A stretch of DNA of 63,786 bases, counting the filler, from Hyphochytrium catenoides (taxonomy: Eukaryota; Protista; Hyphochytriomycota): the NCBI GenBank assembly GCA_900088475.1. It is 6 parts of 6 records of this genome, joined end to end, with 100 filler letters (N's around TTAATTAATTAA, not from the genome) between each part and the next. Parts side by side here need not be neighbours in the genome. Positions count along the whole stretch, not along the records: positions 22,789 to 44,427 come from FLMG01004092.1; 5 more parts are not named here. One strand, written 5' to 3'. The first letter of the stretch is position 1; every line of letters begins with the position of its first letter. The position numbers and the translations under genes are program-made. Positions 23,076-36,700 of the stretch are shown one piece after another. Under the pieces are notes generated by a model. That model saw only the letters and a list, made by a program, of their open reading frames with translations. It made no database searches and was not told the origin of the DNA.

Positions 23076-23818
23076 CGTACGACGAGAGAGAGACCCCTTC
23101 ACTTCATAGGACGCGAGAGATAGAACGAGAACAAAAGCAGTGGGGAAGAGGCAAGGAGAGATACAAGCGCATAGATAGAGAGAGAGAGCGTGTGTCAGAG
23201 AGAGTGACAGCGAAAGACAGAGAGAGAAAGAGAGAGAGAGGAAAAGGAGACAGAGAGGACGGAAGCACCAAACACAGACAAGCTACAGCAGCTGTCTCCC
23301 CATTTCTCCGTCCTGCTGCCCATTTAGCCGCCTAGCTGCTGAAGAACTGACAGCAAGTCAACAGCAGGCCATCAGTTGGGAGTTGTGGCGCCATCTCTCT
23401 CGCTCATCAGAATCTCCAGAGACTCCAACGTTAACGACAGGCGTGCTGTTCCTCCCTCTGTCTGACTGAGTGACTCTCATGTCGTCTCAGTTGACAGGGC
23501 TTTACAGTGCGTCCACCCCTGGCACCTTGAAGCTTGCCTTGCAGCATGGGGAAGGACTGACTGCCCATCAGCTCTTCACTGACACGTAGCTTACTCGACT
23601 CCAGACTTTGCTTCTATCCTTCCTATTTATCTTTCCTTCCCGTCCTCGCTTTGGATCGTCTCCTTAAAAGGAGTGCCCTTCTCTCTCACACTTATACACA
23701 CACTCTCTCTCCCCCTGGTTCCAATCCTTCTCTCCTTCTTTCTCTCTCTCTCTCTCTTACTCTCTGTATCTCTGTTTAAGTCTCTCTCTCTCTTCTATCC
23801 CTATTGCTCCCTGAAGGC

Positions 23819-25422
23819 ATGATGACCTATCGTAGGAGTTCGTCCATTGATGAGCTTCTAGAGTCTCTCCTGGACATGCCTCGTTCCGTTGACAGTCTCT
23901 TTGGCGACGAGGTCATGAGAGCCGTCAACCACGTGCACCTGCTCACGCAGAGTAGTGCTAGAGAGAGTCCTTACTCCTCATTTAGGGAAGACGGTACTCT
24001 CTCCCCGTTCTCCGTCTCTCTGGGCGGTCAGGATGACTCTCTTTCTCTCCCCGTTAGAAGCACAAAGGATCCCGAGCGCGCTTTGTCGTCGCTGTCTCCT
24101 CCCTACGTTACAGAGCGAGCTACTCCAGAAATGAATGAATTCCTTTTTGATAGCAGTGAGGCCATGGACTGCGAGGCTGATCTTTTCTCCTTGTCGTACT
24201 TCTTTCAGCCTCTCTCTTCAGCTTCCTCTTTTTCCTCCTCTGCGTACACAACGACTGAAAGCCAGCCCTCGCGGGACAGGGAAAAGGCGGCAGAGTATTC
24301 TTTTTCCCGGTCAAGAGAATCAGGAGAGGAAGGGACAACAGAGAAAGCTGAGGGTCTCTCTCCCAGTCACGATCCCAGCAAACAACGGCCACACTCTCTT
24401 TTGGGCTTCTCCTCGCTACCTTCGTCCGCCTGTCTGTACTCTGAATCTCCCATTTCCTCCTTGCTACCCATAAAACGCTCGGAAAGCTCTGCTTTCGAAC
24501 CAGCCGCCACGCCCTCGAACCGCCCTCTTTCCTCTCAGTCCTCTCCCTTCATAGAGAGCAGAGAAAGTGAAAGAAGGCATAAAGAACGCAAAACAAGGGG
24601 AAGACCGGACGAGACCGAGAATTTTTCTTCCCGTTCTCTCCCTCTCTCTTCCGTCCCATCTTCAAGCTCACATGCATTGACAATAGGAGGGAAACGGAAG
24701 AGGTGCACGTGCAAGAAGAGTCAGTGCTTAAAGCTCTACTGCGAGTGCTTCGCCGCTGGTTCCTATTGTAAAGGCTGCAAGTGTGTCGACTGCCAGAACA
24801 CGGAGGAGTTTGACTCAAAGAGACAGGAAGCGCTTCGGGCAGCGCTGATGAGAAAGCCTTCTGCCTTCCTGAAAGTGCAGCACGGATCTAATGGAGAGCC
24901 AGGGCCGAGCTATGGGGGAGGTGAGTACGTAGCACTCAGTATGATGTTAGATAGGTTGCAAGAGGACACAAGCCTAAGAGAGTGGAGATCAGGGGGAATG
25001 TGACAGGGCTGTCGACGTCTCTGAATGTTACGCTGTTCGCAGTCTCTGTCTCTCTCTCTTCTTTCCCTTCTGCCACCCATCTATCCTCTTTGTCTCTCTC
25101 ACCTCTCTCTGGCTCTCTGTCTTTCTATCTCTCTCTGTTCTTTTCTCTCTTTATCCTCTGACTCTGTCCGCACCGGCTCGCACCATTAATTACTCTCTCC
25201 CGCCCCTTCTGACTATGGTTTGCGCTCCTGGTCTTGCGAGACCTTGACCTTTGGTCTGAACGCATCTCTTTGTCTCCTGCTGTTTTAGGTTGCCACTGTA
25301 AAAAGTCCATGTGCCTAAAGAAGTACTGCGAGTGTCGACAGGGTGGCCTTGTCTGTGGAGAGAACTGCAAGTGCGTGGACTGCAAGAACCAAGAGACCCC
25401 AGGCCCTAAGAAGAAGCTTTAG
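23819..25422 (+). CDS. Tesmin/TSO1/LIN54-like protein with two CXC (TCR) domains; exons 23819-24920 and 25289-25422
   Basis: [34 protein letters not shown]...RKPSAF and [41 protein letters not shown]...TTTTAG intron at 24921-25288 joins them in frame. Confidence 0.92.
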
Positions 25423-26598
25423 CCGCTGGACGTCTTCCATCCTCTATCCTCTCCCTTAGACCGCCTTTACTTGACAGATATCAGCGTTGGAGCAGCTTTT
25501 TTACCTGTATGCTGTACGATAGATTATCATGCTTGCGTGCCCTGTATCTAGATCCATCATGCATAATATGTATATGTAGATAGCTATTTTGCCTGCTCCG
25601 CTGCGGATAATAGGATTGCACCTGGTCATAGTGGCTGGCCTTCCCATACAAAAGAGAGAAAAAGAAAGAGCAGGAAGGAGAGACAGAAAGAGAGAGGCTC
25701 CTTTGAGAGAATTTATAGAGAACCAGGTCATCAGGAGAACAGGCGGACAGACGTGTGATCCATCGGAGCGAAAGGGCAGGCACGAGTATGAGAAGCATAA
25801 GGCTAGGGGCATTGGCTGTCTAAAGACCGCCGGATCTCAGCTAGTAGCGCTAAACCGGAAGATGAGACAGCCGGGAGGAGTGAAGGATGGCTCAGACATG
25901 AGCAAGAGAGGAAGAGGGACAAGGAGAGACATCAAAAGTCGTTAATTTATCCACTGCAGCTGTATTAGTGCTTATTGTTAGTGAGTGGATGGTGCATTGC
26001 TGTCCTGACTGGCTGGTTCACAGCATCTCTCTGTTGACAGTCATCGTTATTCCCTTTGCTTTGATGAAGGAGAGAAAGACACGAGCTCCCTCCTCTGCCT
26101 TCATCTCTATCCTGACATGAGCGACTCCTAGGGCCTTAGCTCGACCTCTCCGTAGGCGACCGATGGCCCAAGAGCTTATCCTTACCTCCTCACATCTCCT
26201 CTGCCCCTGGCCCGACAAGAAAGACTGAGGAGATAGAACTAAAGAGAATGGAAGGGCATATTGGACGAAGCCTGCAAGTTGCAGATAAGGAAAGAGACAA
26301 GCAGTCATGCTTGCCGAAGATTGCGCTGCAACCTGATTACATGCGTGCTTCTAGCTTGAAGACATAGACCAATAGATAAGAAGTAAGAGGGAAGCGCCGA
26401 AAAGACTAACTACGAAGGCCATTAGAGAGAGAGACAGAGACAGGTAAGAAACAGGTTCACGTTTGAAAGCTTGACAAGTGTGGGGCAGTGCCGGAAAGAG
26501 AGAAGAAAAATGAGCCTGAGCCAACACCAGTCCTCACAACCCTTCCTATCGCAAACTCTCCCAGTCTCTCCGTTGTGTTCCACAGAGCAAAGTGCCAA

Positions 26599-27465
26599 CT
26601 ACAGTCCAAACAAGCCTTCATTCTTGCCTTTTCCGCCACCACCGATCGGCCCTGTTGGCAGGCCACTTTGAACAAAGGAGTCAAAGTCTAAGGTGGCGAA
26701 GAAGCTGTCCAGATCCTGATTGAGGTCCATCAGATCGTCAGCCTGGAGCGTGTCCGGATTGAGGAGATTTACGGCATTGTCGGGGATATCAAGCTTTCTC
26801 TTCTTCTCTGAGGTGGCACCAGCCACAGTCGGGAGGACAGGCGGCACATTAGTGGCCCCAGGAAGGAACGAGGTGACCACCTGTGCTGCTGCTGCTTCTT
26901 GTTGAGGAAGCAGAGGAGGAGTCGGCAGCGTTGTGCCTGGATTGTTAGTTGCTGCAGCTCCTGCCGCTAGCGTTGAAGAGTTTATTCCACTATTCACGAG
27001 AAGCTGAGTAATAGAAGAGACAGAGCGGGTCAGATCAGCAAGCTGAGACTTGAGATCCATGACCTCCATCCGCAGTTCTTCAACGTCCGCCTTGCCATCA
27101 CCTGCATCATGCTGAGTCTTTCTCTTGATCCGCGTAAGAAGATCCCTCTTTCCCTTCTGGAAGAATTCATGCCTGAACTCCCACCAGCCTTCCTCAGCAT
27201 TCGGGTCAATCTTTCCTGCGTGCATTGTGCCTGCGTCGTCTGATCTAAGCTTGTGAAAGCCATAAAAGTTGAGCTGTCTCACGAAGGAACTGAACTTATT
27301 ATGTCGGAAATACTGAGGAAGAATGTCTTCAGCGAAGCTCCTTGGCCGTTCAATGATGAAGGTTGTGCCATCGTAGTTCCAATGGACAATATCATTGGTC
27401 TCTGGCGCGGAGACTAGCTTGTAAGTCTTATCGAGAAAGGCAGGAATGAGCTTGGAAGATGCCAT
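26599..27465 (-). CDS. HSF: Heat shock transcription factor (HSF DNA-binding domain plus coiled coil)
   Basis: PAFLDKTYKLV...IVHWNYDGTTFII...ILPQYFRHNKFSSFVRQLNFYGFHK...WEFRHEFFQKGKRDLLTRIKRK, followed by a heptad VEELRMEVMDLKSQLADLTRSV. Confidence 0.95.
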   Translation of the reverse strand: MASSKLIPAFLDKTYKLVSAPETNDIVHWNYDGTTFIIERPRSFAEDILPQYFRHNKFSSFVRQLNFYGFHKLRSDDAGTMHAGKIDPNAEEGWWEFRHEFFQKGKRDLLTRIKRKTQHDAGDGKADVEELRMEVMDLKSQLADLTRSVSSITQLLVNSGINSSTLAAGAAATNNPGTTLPTPPLLPQQEAAAAQVVTSFLPGATNVPPVLPTVAGATSEKKRKLDIPDNAVNLLNPDTLQADDLMDLNQDLDSFFATLDFDSFVQSGLPTGPIGGGGKGKNEGLFGL

Positions 27466-28020
27466 CTTCCTTCCTTAGATCGCTCTCTTTCTCAAGTAAT
27501 AAGAACCGATCAATAGTCGAAGAGCAAGAGAGAGATAGAGAGAGATAGAGAGGAATGAGAGAGATGACTGAAAAGTAGGAGAAAGTGGGAGATGTCTTAT
27601 TGCCGGCCGAGCGCCTTTGAGATGAGCTCGCTTTCGACAGGAGCTAGCTCCTACTCGGCGAGGCCATTCCCCTGCAGGTCTTAGGGCAGACACGTGATCA
27701 GGTGTCTCTCGGTCTGCGTCCGTCAAAGCTCCAAGCTGGGTAGTCCACGTGTGGAGGCCGTAATCTGAAACTCTTCTTTCTAACAGTCAGCAAATCGATG
27801 CGGAAGATCTTGAACAAGGAGAGAGAATGAACTAACGGGATGACAGGCAGAGGTCAAGGTTTTGACGATGGCTAACTTCTTAGGAGCCTTGATTGGAGAC
27901 GCTGGAAAGTTTCAATAATCTCTGTCTGGGCGTGCTCTGTTTGTCTTGCAGAGCTTGGTCAGAGCAGCGACTGGAAGTTCGATAGCTGTTGGAGGGAAGA
28001 GGCAGCGATCATTAGCGCGC

Positions 28021-28025
<5 letters not shown>

Positions 28026-28084
<59 letters not shown>
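28026..28084. repeat. (GA)n microsatellite, representative of many in contigs 2, 3 and 5
   Basis: Pure GA run. Similar GA/CT tracts occur at about 28820-28905, 29655-29745, 37895-37955, 50130-50180 and 60935-60990. Confidence 0.95.
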
Positions 28085-28087
<3 letters not shown>

Positions 28088-28817
28088 AACGCCATAGAGT
28101 GGCAAGACAGAGTGTGAGAGAAAGAGTAAAGGGAAAAGAACCAGAAAGCGCACAGAGAGAGAGAGAAAAAGACACAAAGAGAGAAAGAGGGATAAAAGAG
28201 AGAGAGCGGAAGGGAGAGAGAGATCAAGTAAGATTGAGGAAGAGATATGCCTAGAGGGAAGCAAAACAGAGAGACAAGGAGAGACAGAGAGAGGGGAGAG
28301 AGAGAGAGCGCGTAAGAAGTCATTTTGCTTCCATTTCGTACAGTACCCATTCCGAAAGCAACACCATAGGAAAAGTTAGGACCAGCACTCCTCGCATATG
28401 AAATATTTCAAATAATTTCGGCTAGCTTCACTATAAATATTACGCCTTAGGAAAAGATTTCATCTTTTGTACTGTACCCTTTGCTTCTCATGCCTCCATT
28501 ACCCTTTTCCAACCTAGCTATATTCCGGATAATAGCAGTATATTTCACTAATACCTCTACCCTAGAATCTATAATCAGTTATCAAAGGTGGATAACTCCA
28601 ACTCAGTCTTTTAACGCATAAAAACTTGGTTCTGTGTGGGAGGATCGAGAGATGGAGGATGATGGGTAAATGTGACCGAAAGAATCAGTGAGAACGAGAC
28701 AGAGTGACGACAGAGAGAGGAAGTCTATGAGGCAAAGGGCTTGGCTGAGAGACAGAGTAGAAGAAGAGATAGTCGTCTTGGATAGTGGAGGGAGTCAAAG
28801 AGGGAAGAGAGACAAAG

Positions 28818-28879
<62 letters not shown>

Positions 28880-29394
28880 AAGAGAGAGAAGAGAGAGAGA
28901 GAGAGACGGCGTAAAGAGGTAAGAAGAAACGACATTTCCCTCTTTTACAGCTTCAACTCGCGCTCTCTCTCCCCCTCCCTCTTTCCCTCTATAGAACTGT
29001 CTCTCTTGGTGTATCTCACTTGCGGGCTCTCTCCTTCAGTGTCTCTCTCCTACTCGATGCTCCGCTCTGTTCCTTCAATCTGAGTCTCTATCATCAGGAC
29101 ATCAGGACGCGCCTCTCGCCTTGAAAAGCAACTCCACTCACATTCTCCAAAGCTCCAGGCTCGATGCAAAAGCTTCAGAAGTGAAAGGATCATTCCTCTG
29201 ATCGCTAACGCTTGGAGTTGCTTGTGAAGTCGGCTGAGCACAGCGCCACACTTGGTCGCGGATTTCTTAGAAGTGAAAGAGTCTGTCAATAGCTGGAGGC
29301 GTCATCTCTTTACTGCTCCTGGAGTTCAATGCTTACACTTCTCCCAAGGCTTGGATAGCATCTGTCAGTGGCTGTGCCTGGCAGGATTGGCGCC

Positions 29395-32300
29395 ATGAGT
29401 GCGGCCTCTGGTACGAGGAGCCTTTCCTCTTGGCTTACACGGCGGTTCTGCTCTTCTTACGACTGTCGCCCACACTACCTGTGCGCTTCCCTCGGGAAGT
29501 TAACGACATCGTTCAAACTAAATGCTCTCAAGCTTCCTCGCTCTTCATAGCAAGCGCGATTCTCTCACTTCTCTCTCTCTCTCTCACACACACACCAATT
29601 CAATCTCTCTCTCTAAGACGCCTTCCTCCTACACGTGTCTCGCCTTCTTTCTCTTCTCTCTGGATCTCTCTGTCTCTCTCTCTCTGTCTCTCTCTCTCTG
29701 TCTCTCTCTCTCTTTCTCTCTGTCTGTCTCTCTCTCTCTCTCTTCTTTTCCCCGCCTATGGTCTTGCTGGCTTACGTGTTCGCTCTGACGTTTTCTAATA
29801 CCGCTTCTGCACTCTGTGTCCGCTGTCTCTATTGCTCTTGTCTCAGCTCTCGACAAGGCCCTCGAAACGCTCCAGACTTTGACGACGGTGGACGACGTGA
29901 ATCAACATTTAGAAGAGTTAGACCTTCAAAGTCTCAAGAAGGAGCCAACAGCTCTCTCTTTTGTCCTGAAGGCATGCCAATATCTAGCGTCACCCAGTCC
30001 CAAGGGAGAGAAGAGAGACAGCAATGAAGAGGAAGAGGGTGAACAGCACCAAGGAGAGACCATGGACGGAGACAAACATAGGACTCAGAATGACGAAGCT
30101 CACCCCGAAGGCCTCGAGGAGCTTCTCTCTTCCCTCAGTGCAAAGCTCAAGCTTTCATTTCTCCTCTTCTTTGAGCCGTATGTAGACAATCCCACCGTCG
30201 GAGAAGCCGTGAAGGGAGTCTTTCTTGCAGTTAAAGATAGAGAAGTCCTGGTGCAGCTGAAGAGCGACCTGGATGAGAGAGGAGGTGGCTTGCACCGTCT
30301 GTTCTATAGGAGGAACTTACCATTGCCGCTGAGAGAGGAGATCTTGCGGCATTTCTCGTGTGTCCACGCTTCGTCTCCAACGCTAGAAAGAGAAGTAGGA
30401 AGCGATGCTCGACATAACATCCAAATCCTAAGGTGCGTGTCCTTCATCCTCTCTCTCTTCTCTCTCGCTCTTGCTTTGCCCCTAGGCTACTTCTCTCTTC
30501 TGTCTCTTCCTTCCGTTGAAGCCACGTTCCCGTTCTCTTTAGGTCTTCGTATCTTCTATCTAAGTCTATTGCTCTGAGCATAGCTCCACATCATTATGCC
30601 ATCCCTCCTTCTGTCGAGACCTGATTCTGCCATGCTATCGCCATTCCTTCTATCGCCTGTCCGCACGTTCGTGATGCTGCATGCTTCCGTACTTCGGGGT
30701 CGGGCATCACTCTGGGCATGTCTCTTGTCCCCAGCGGTCCATTATTCCTTCACCGATAGGGAAGTAGGCATAGCAGCCCTGGTACTGCTGATGTCGAGTA
30801 CTATCTGACATTCTCTCTTTCTTCCTTTTATATAGTGACATTGATGACACGTTCTACGCATCTCTTTTTGATGCACGCTACCCACGCCTCTCTGTATACC
30901 CAGGCGTCAGACAGTTCTTCCAAGAAATTGGCAACACCTCCACCTGTGAAAGGTAAGCAGAAATGAAGACGGACAGAGCGGTGAAAGGAAAGGTTACATG
31001 CGTTGACGAGGCAGGGAGAACGGAAGGAAGTCCCCTAAAGAGATCAAAGAAGTAGCTGCTTAGGAGAGAGAGAGAAGACACGACAGCCGCCCAGCCACGC
31101 AAGGCATAACTAGAAGGTGGCGTCCCGGTGCGAAAAGTATCGGCTGCACATCTTTGTGTGCCAGTTCGGAGGCGTTGATAGGATAAGGGAGAGACTGAGC
31201 ACAACAAGTGACAGAGAGACATGCAGCTGACGTTTTATTTCATCCGCTCTGCTCAGGTGTCCTACCTTGACGTTTGTGACGGCGCGTCCTGAATTCCTGC
31301 GGGATCAGACTGAGGCATTCATGAAAGGCCTCGGCATCCAAGAAGTCAAATGTGAGAATGCAGAGGGACTTACCATTGATGCCTCTAGAGTGCCGTTTTC
31401 TGTCCCATTCAGGACTTCGCACGTTGTTATCAGCTACTATCACAGGCTATCTCTGGTTTCCCCTCAGAGCAAACGTGCTTCTCTTTTGACATTTTGACCC
31501 TTGAATCTTCTCCTTATCGCGCTTACTTGCCTCCACTCACTCGTTTGTGGCCTACCTCTCGGTTGCTAGTGTTGATGGGTTCGATACAGAATGCTTTTAC
31601 CCATGAACGGATGTTCAGGAGAAAGCTGAAGGTAAGGATTAAAATCTCACACGACACGCTTCTCCATCGTCTGCTTTCGTCTCTTGTCTCTAAACGCTGT
31701 GCCCTGATCCTGGTAGTGCCTCTGTCAGTCCGAAGGCCTCTGAAGTTCTTCTTCGGAGTTGCTTCCTTACACTCTATAACCAATCGGTCGCCTTCGCCTG
31801 AGAATCTGGGTTTACTGCTGCGCAGAACTTCCGACAGTACCAAGCCGTCTTTCCAGAGCGCCATTACATTTTTATAGGCGATAACGGGCAAGGTAAGGCC
31901 CGCTACGAACGACGGAGGAGAGAGCACCGACTTTGGAGTATACAGGACGAGGCATAAGGGAAGAGATAACCTGTGGAACACTCGTTGGGCACATATACTT
32001 TTTTAGTCGTGCTTGACTTCGCTGTGCTAAGCTTTATGTCTATTCTCTGCTTGTCTCTTAAGGTGATATCCTCCTGGGCAAGCGTCTCATGCAGGATCCG
32101 AGCGTCAAGGCTGTGTTCATCCATGATATCTACTCTTCGATGTCAGAAAGAGAGAGAAAAGAAGGGGATGGGGCAACACTTCCCCTTAACCGGGATGCCA
32201 AGCTCTTGGAGAGCGAAGGTGTCGTCCTCTTCCGGACCTACGTCGATGCCGCTGTGAAGGCTTACGACAGGGGTCTTATCACTAGTTCAGGTCCGGGGAC

Positions 32301-32763
32301 GGTTCCGCCTATCTTCTGACTGCCTTCCGTTCGAGGCCTGACAACTTCCTGGTTCTCCCCTTTTTCTTTGACGCCTACCTAGTGGCTCTTGTCCCTTATA
32401 CATTCTGGTTTCTGTTGTCTTTATTCTTTCTAAGGTGATAAGGTGCTTCCTGGTCGCACTCCGCGCCTCCGTATGCCCCTGTGTTAGCCTTTAAACGTGT
32501 CCATTTGTGTCTCTTTCTGTTGCTTTGCTGTTCTCACTTTATACGTTGGGGCCTCTCGCTCACACCAGGCTCTCTATACTGCAGGGATGACGCGTGTCGC
32601 ACGGACGGCTGTTCATGATCTGTCTCGAATCTCGTTTGCCTCCTCTTTCCAACAAAGACAGCGGTATAACGACATAATGCAAGACATCTCTCAGGCAATG
32701 AAAAGGCTAGGACAAGAGGAGGCGCTAGAGCTGCTCAGCGATGTCTCTCAAGTGGTGCTATGA
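29395..32763 (+). CDS. APP1-like phosphatidate phosphatase (HAD-like, DUF2183), multi-exon; start uncertain
   Basis: Exons give SDIDDTFYASLFDARYP...YPGVRQFF (DxDxT, about 30836), LTFVTARPEFL (about 31264), VLMGS, FIGDNGQ|GDILLG (31870/32063), KAVFIHDI and LFRTYVDAAVKAY. GT-AG boundaries are visible. Confidence 0.8.
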
Positions 32764-33773
32764 GCCGCCCAACCTGTCTCTTGTGCTCATTCTCGTTTGC
32801 CACACACACACAACCCTCTCTCTCGCTCTTTTTCTTATTCTCTCACACTCTCTCGCTCTTCATACACCTCGTTTATCCTATGACTTTCTGCTTTATTATT
32901 CCTAAGCTTTTGTTACATCGGCTTTCAATCTCTTGTATGCTAGATTCCTGCATCGATAGACCTACTAGGGTTACTCTCATAGGCCAACTGCCCTTCTTTC
33001 CCCTATTCCAAGAACGCTTATCTATATATTAGTTCTTCACCATTTTATGCTGGGCTCTTTCTTCACCTCTCCGGCTTATGACCCCATTGTCCCGTTATCT
33101 GAACCTCTTTCTTCCCAACTCTTCTATGCCCTCTCGCGCTTTCTCCTGCTTCCTTATCCTCTCCCTAGTCCGCCTCATATACAAACTCCGTTCCAGCCTA
33201 GCTGTATACTATCCAACAGAGACAAGCTACCTGCTTCGACTCGGACACATCAAGTAAACACATCCTAATGGTCCCACTCATATCCAAATCACCCTAAGTT
33301 TCCACAGTCCGACTGCCCCGAGAGACAGCAGGGGCTAAGCGCACCTGAACTGTGAAGGAATCATAAGGGTTGTGCCACTCTAGTTGCGGATATGGACGTA
33401 GGACGAGAGCGGTCGAGCCCAAACATTCTCAACCACGATGAGAAGCGTTTGGAGCTCAGGTGAGTAGGTATCTCTCGATACACCTCTTCCACTCGCACGC
33501 TTGCCCGCTCTGCCTTGTGGATTGAGCCAACCCGAGACATGTGAAGCACCTTGGAATGCTTTTTGCTATTGATCTAATATGGTAGCATGGGCGGTTGGTC
33601 CTCTTATGAGGCACTTCGCGTCCATTGCTGCTCCTTGCACCTCTGTTTAGAGTGATTGACTACGAGATCTTAGCATTATGCCTAAGCTGAGAGGAGAGCT
33701 ATGTGGCTCCCGCAGCCATGCAGTCCAAGTGCTGCAATTCCTGCCCTATATACAAGTTACACAGAAGATCAGC

Positions 33774-36700
33774 TTACACGTCCTGTCCGCGCGACTCTAG
33801 TCTCTCCTGTCCTGAACTCTCTTCTTCCTTCAATCTCCTGTCCTCCTCTTCCCTGACTCGTTGTTCTGACTGTCTCCTTCGCTTCGCAGAGTAAAATCGA
33901 TTCTTCACAGAGCTGTCAGTCCTCCCAGGAAGCAATCGCGCGATTTCGGACCAGCGATTGCCAACTTTCTATGAGATTAGGGACCAGTGGAGGAGGACAG
34001 GAGAGAGAGAGAGAGAGAGAGAGGACGGAAGAAACAAGAATGAACCTCTATGGCATTACGGAGGGAAGAACATTGCTCACGCATGCTAAAGTTGTGGATC
34101 CACCAAAGAGAGAAGCTGTAAGTCAACGGAATAGTAGAAAGAGGAGACAGAAAGGAAAGACAACGGCAAAGCAAGAATATGATCCAGAGCTGGAAGAGAA
34201 CGGTCGAGAAGAAACAACGGTAGAGAGAGTCCTTCGAGAGAGAAGGCAAAGAGAAGCCTAGGCCCGACCAGAGAGTCGTGGTTTACCTTGTGCGCTTGAA
34301 AAATGATCTCATCCTCCTCCTCAGTCCAAGAATCCCTACTGATCTGTAAAAGCATAAAGAGAAGGTGTACGGATGGAGATAAACAACGGGTGAGAGGAAC
34401 GCAATAGCGAGCTCGACTTTAGAAGAAACATACGCCATGTGACGAGAGAGAGAAAGAGACAGACAGAGCAGTGGTATGGAAATGACCCAGCGAACTTTAT
34501 ATAAGAGAAGTCGCATAGAGGTTTGGGGATCAACATCAACCAAGCTTACATTCGGCTGCAAATGGTTAAACCATCGCTCTCTACACTGCTTTCCCACTCT
34601 ACCAGGCAGCTGCTTGGCGATCAGGGACCAGTCCTGCCATCGATAGAAGAAAAACTCAGTCTCTCCCGGCTCTTTCTCTGCTCTTCGTTATCTCTGGCTC
34701 CATCCCTTGCCAGCTGCCTCATTTCTGGCTCCATCGCCTAGCAGGTCATCACCATGCCAGGCTTTCCTTTATATCTAACCTCCCGCAACTTACCGCTGGA
34801 CCGTTGGCATTAACAGTCATTATCAGAATCTCGTCCTCCTCTGTGGTCCACGACTGTTTCCTATGTAAGTTCTTGCCTCTCTTCTTCGCTCTTGCTTCGC
34901 CCTCTCCTTGAGAGATCGAGGACACGCTGTGTCTCCTCTTGGCTCCTCCTCCCCCTGGTCTCACAGTATGCTGGACGCGAGGCACTGCTCTGATTCGCTT
35001 ATAAAGGGGAGGAAGACTTTTCCTTCTTTCTTCTTCCTCACTGGTGGGCCTCGGACTCATATCATATCTTTCCTTAAGGCGCTTGCCTTTCTCTTCTTCC
35101 TCCTCTCCGGTAGACTCTTCATAGCTTTGAGCCGCGAGCTCTTGCTCTTTCTTCCTGCTATCCGACATGTAGTCTGAGAAAATCCTCTTCTTTATATCTA
35201 CTGACAACCCGTCGAGAACCTCAGGCCGCATCTAGCGATGTTTGAGGAAAGAGGGAGAAGAGGTTCCAGGATGTGAGTTAAAGGGCCATCAAGCCATGGA
35301 TGAGCGGCTTAGTAGAGTGAGGCACAAAGGGAATTGACAAGAAGGGAAGGTATGTAGCCATGTAACGCAATAGGGACAGACCCAAGCAGAAGGATCAGAA
35401 GAGAGAGAGAGTGTGTGTGTGAGCGAGAGAGAAAGGGAGAGAGAGAGAGAGCGAAGTCCTACATTGCAGATGAGTCCCCACCGCAAGAAGCAGGAGCTTG
35501 GAGTGTGACCAGCATCAAGCTGCCCTGAGATAGCCTCCCAATCAATGTCTTTGCTGTCTTTGTAGAGATTGTAGACAATTGAGGTTAGCTTCTCCTCCTG
35601 CACAGAGAGAAAAAAAGGACGGTAAGGGCCAATCTGTTATGCAGTGAGACGTAAGAGACAGTGTATGCATTGGACTGCAAGCCTTACGACAGAAGAGAGT
35701 GGCGGATGTATTCTCACGTGCATGAGAGAAGCACTAATTACCTGATCAGTCGTCCACACTTTCTTTTCCCCTCCAGGAGGGAAAGACACCTTACTCTGCC
35801 TCGATCGCCGTGATATTCTAAAGTTGACAACCAGCGTACAACGAGAGATAGTGCGTCAGTTGATAGGCGAGGTGAAGAAGCTGAAACATAGAGCAGACAG
35901 GGAAGGGCGAAGTGAATAAGGGACAGAACATTAGACAGAAAGAGCTATCTTGAGAAGACGGAGCCATGGGAGTCGAAAGAAGGTAAGATCCGCCACCTAC
36001 AAGCTTCCCACTTCTTCCACTCTTAGCTCGTCTCCCTTCACGCGGTGGACCTAGAAAAGACAAACAATCATTCTTAGCCTAGTCATACCGATCCTCGGTC
36101 ACAGGGAACAAAGCTCAATCGATTAACATAAGAAAGCGTCAACATCGGAAAGCTAGTCCGGTAGACAGCCGGACAGACAGGAGTAAGAAAGAGAGAGCAA
36201 AGAGGGAGAGAGATCACACTTAAGTCCAAACGAGGCAAAGCGAAGCCAAAGGACTCACGATAAGAGTGGTAGACATGTCAGGTTCTGATGCTCCTGGGCC
36301 TCCAATACTCTCTTCTCTTGTTCGACCCTTTGCCTGAGAGTGGGAGGAGCAGGAAGTGGCGTAAGTAAACTTAGTGGCCGATGCCCAGAGAGAGACGCAA
36401 GAGTAGGAGTTTCAAAATAAAGGGAGGATAAGAGAGAGAGAGAGGAGAGCAGCTATGCAGAGAGTTAAGAGGGAGCTCTGTCTCTGGAAGTTCATAAGAG
36501 AAGAGAGGACAGATAGGCGACGTTTGTCTCTCGTCTTATTACCTGATCGCCGCTCTTCTCTGCAGTCGAGGTGGATGCGGTAGTATCGTACAAGTCCAGC
36601 AGGTCCATTTCAATGTCATTCAGCGGAATCGAGAGCTTCTTCCCCACCTCTGCCATCACTTTGTCGACCACAACAGCTGCGTCCTCCTAATGGGTAACGA

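Noticed and set aside
27691-27751. Two CACGTG E-boxes upstream of HSF as targets of the bHLH
   Set aside because: Six-mers are too common, and the bHLH is on an unlinked contig.
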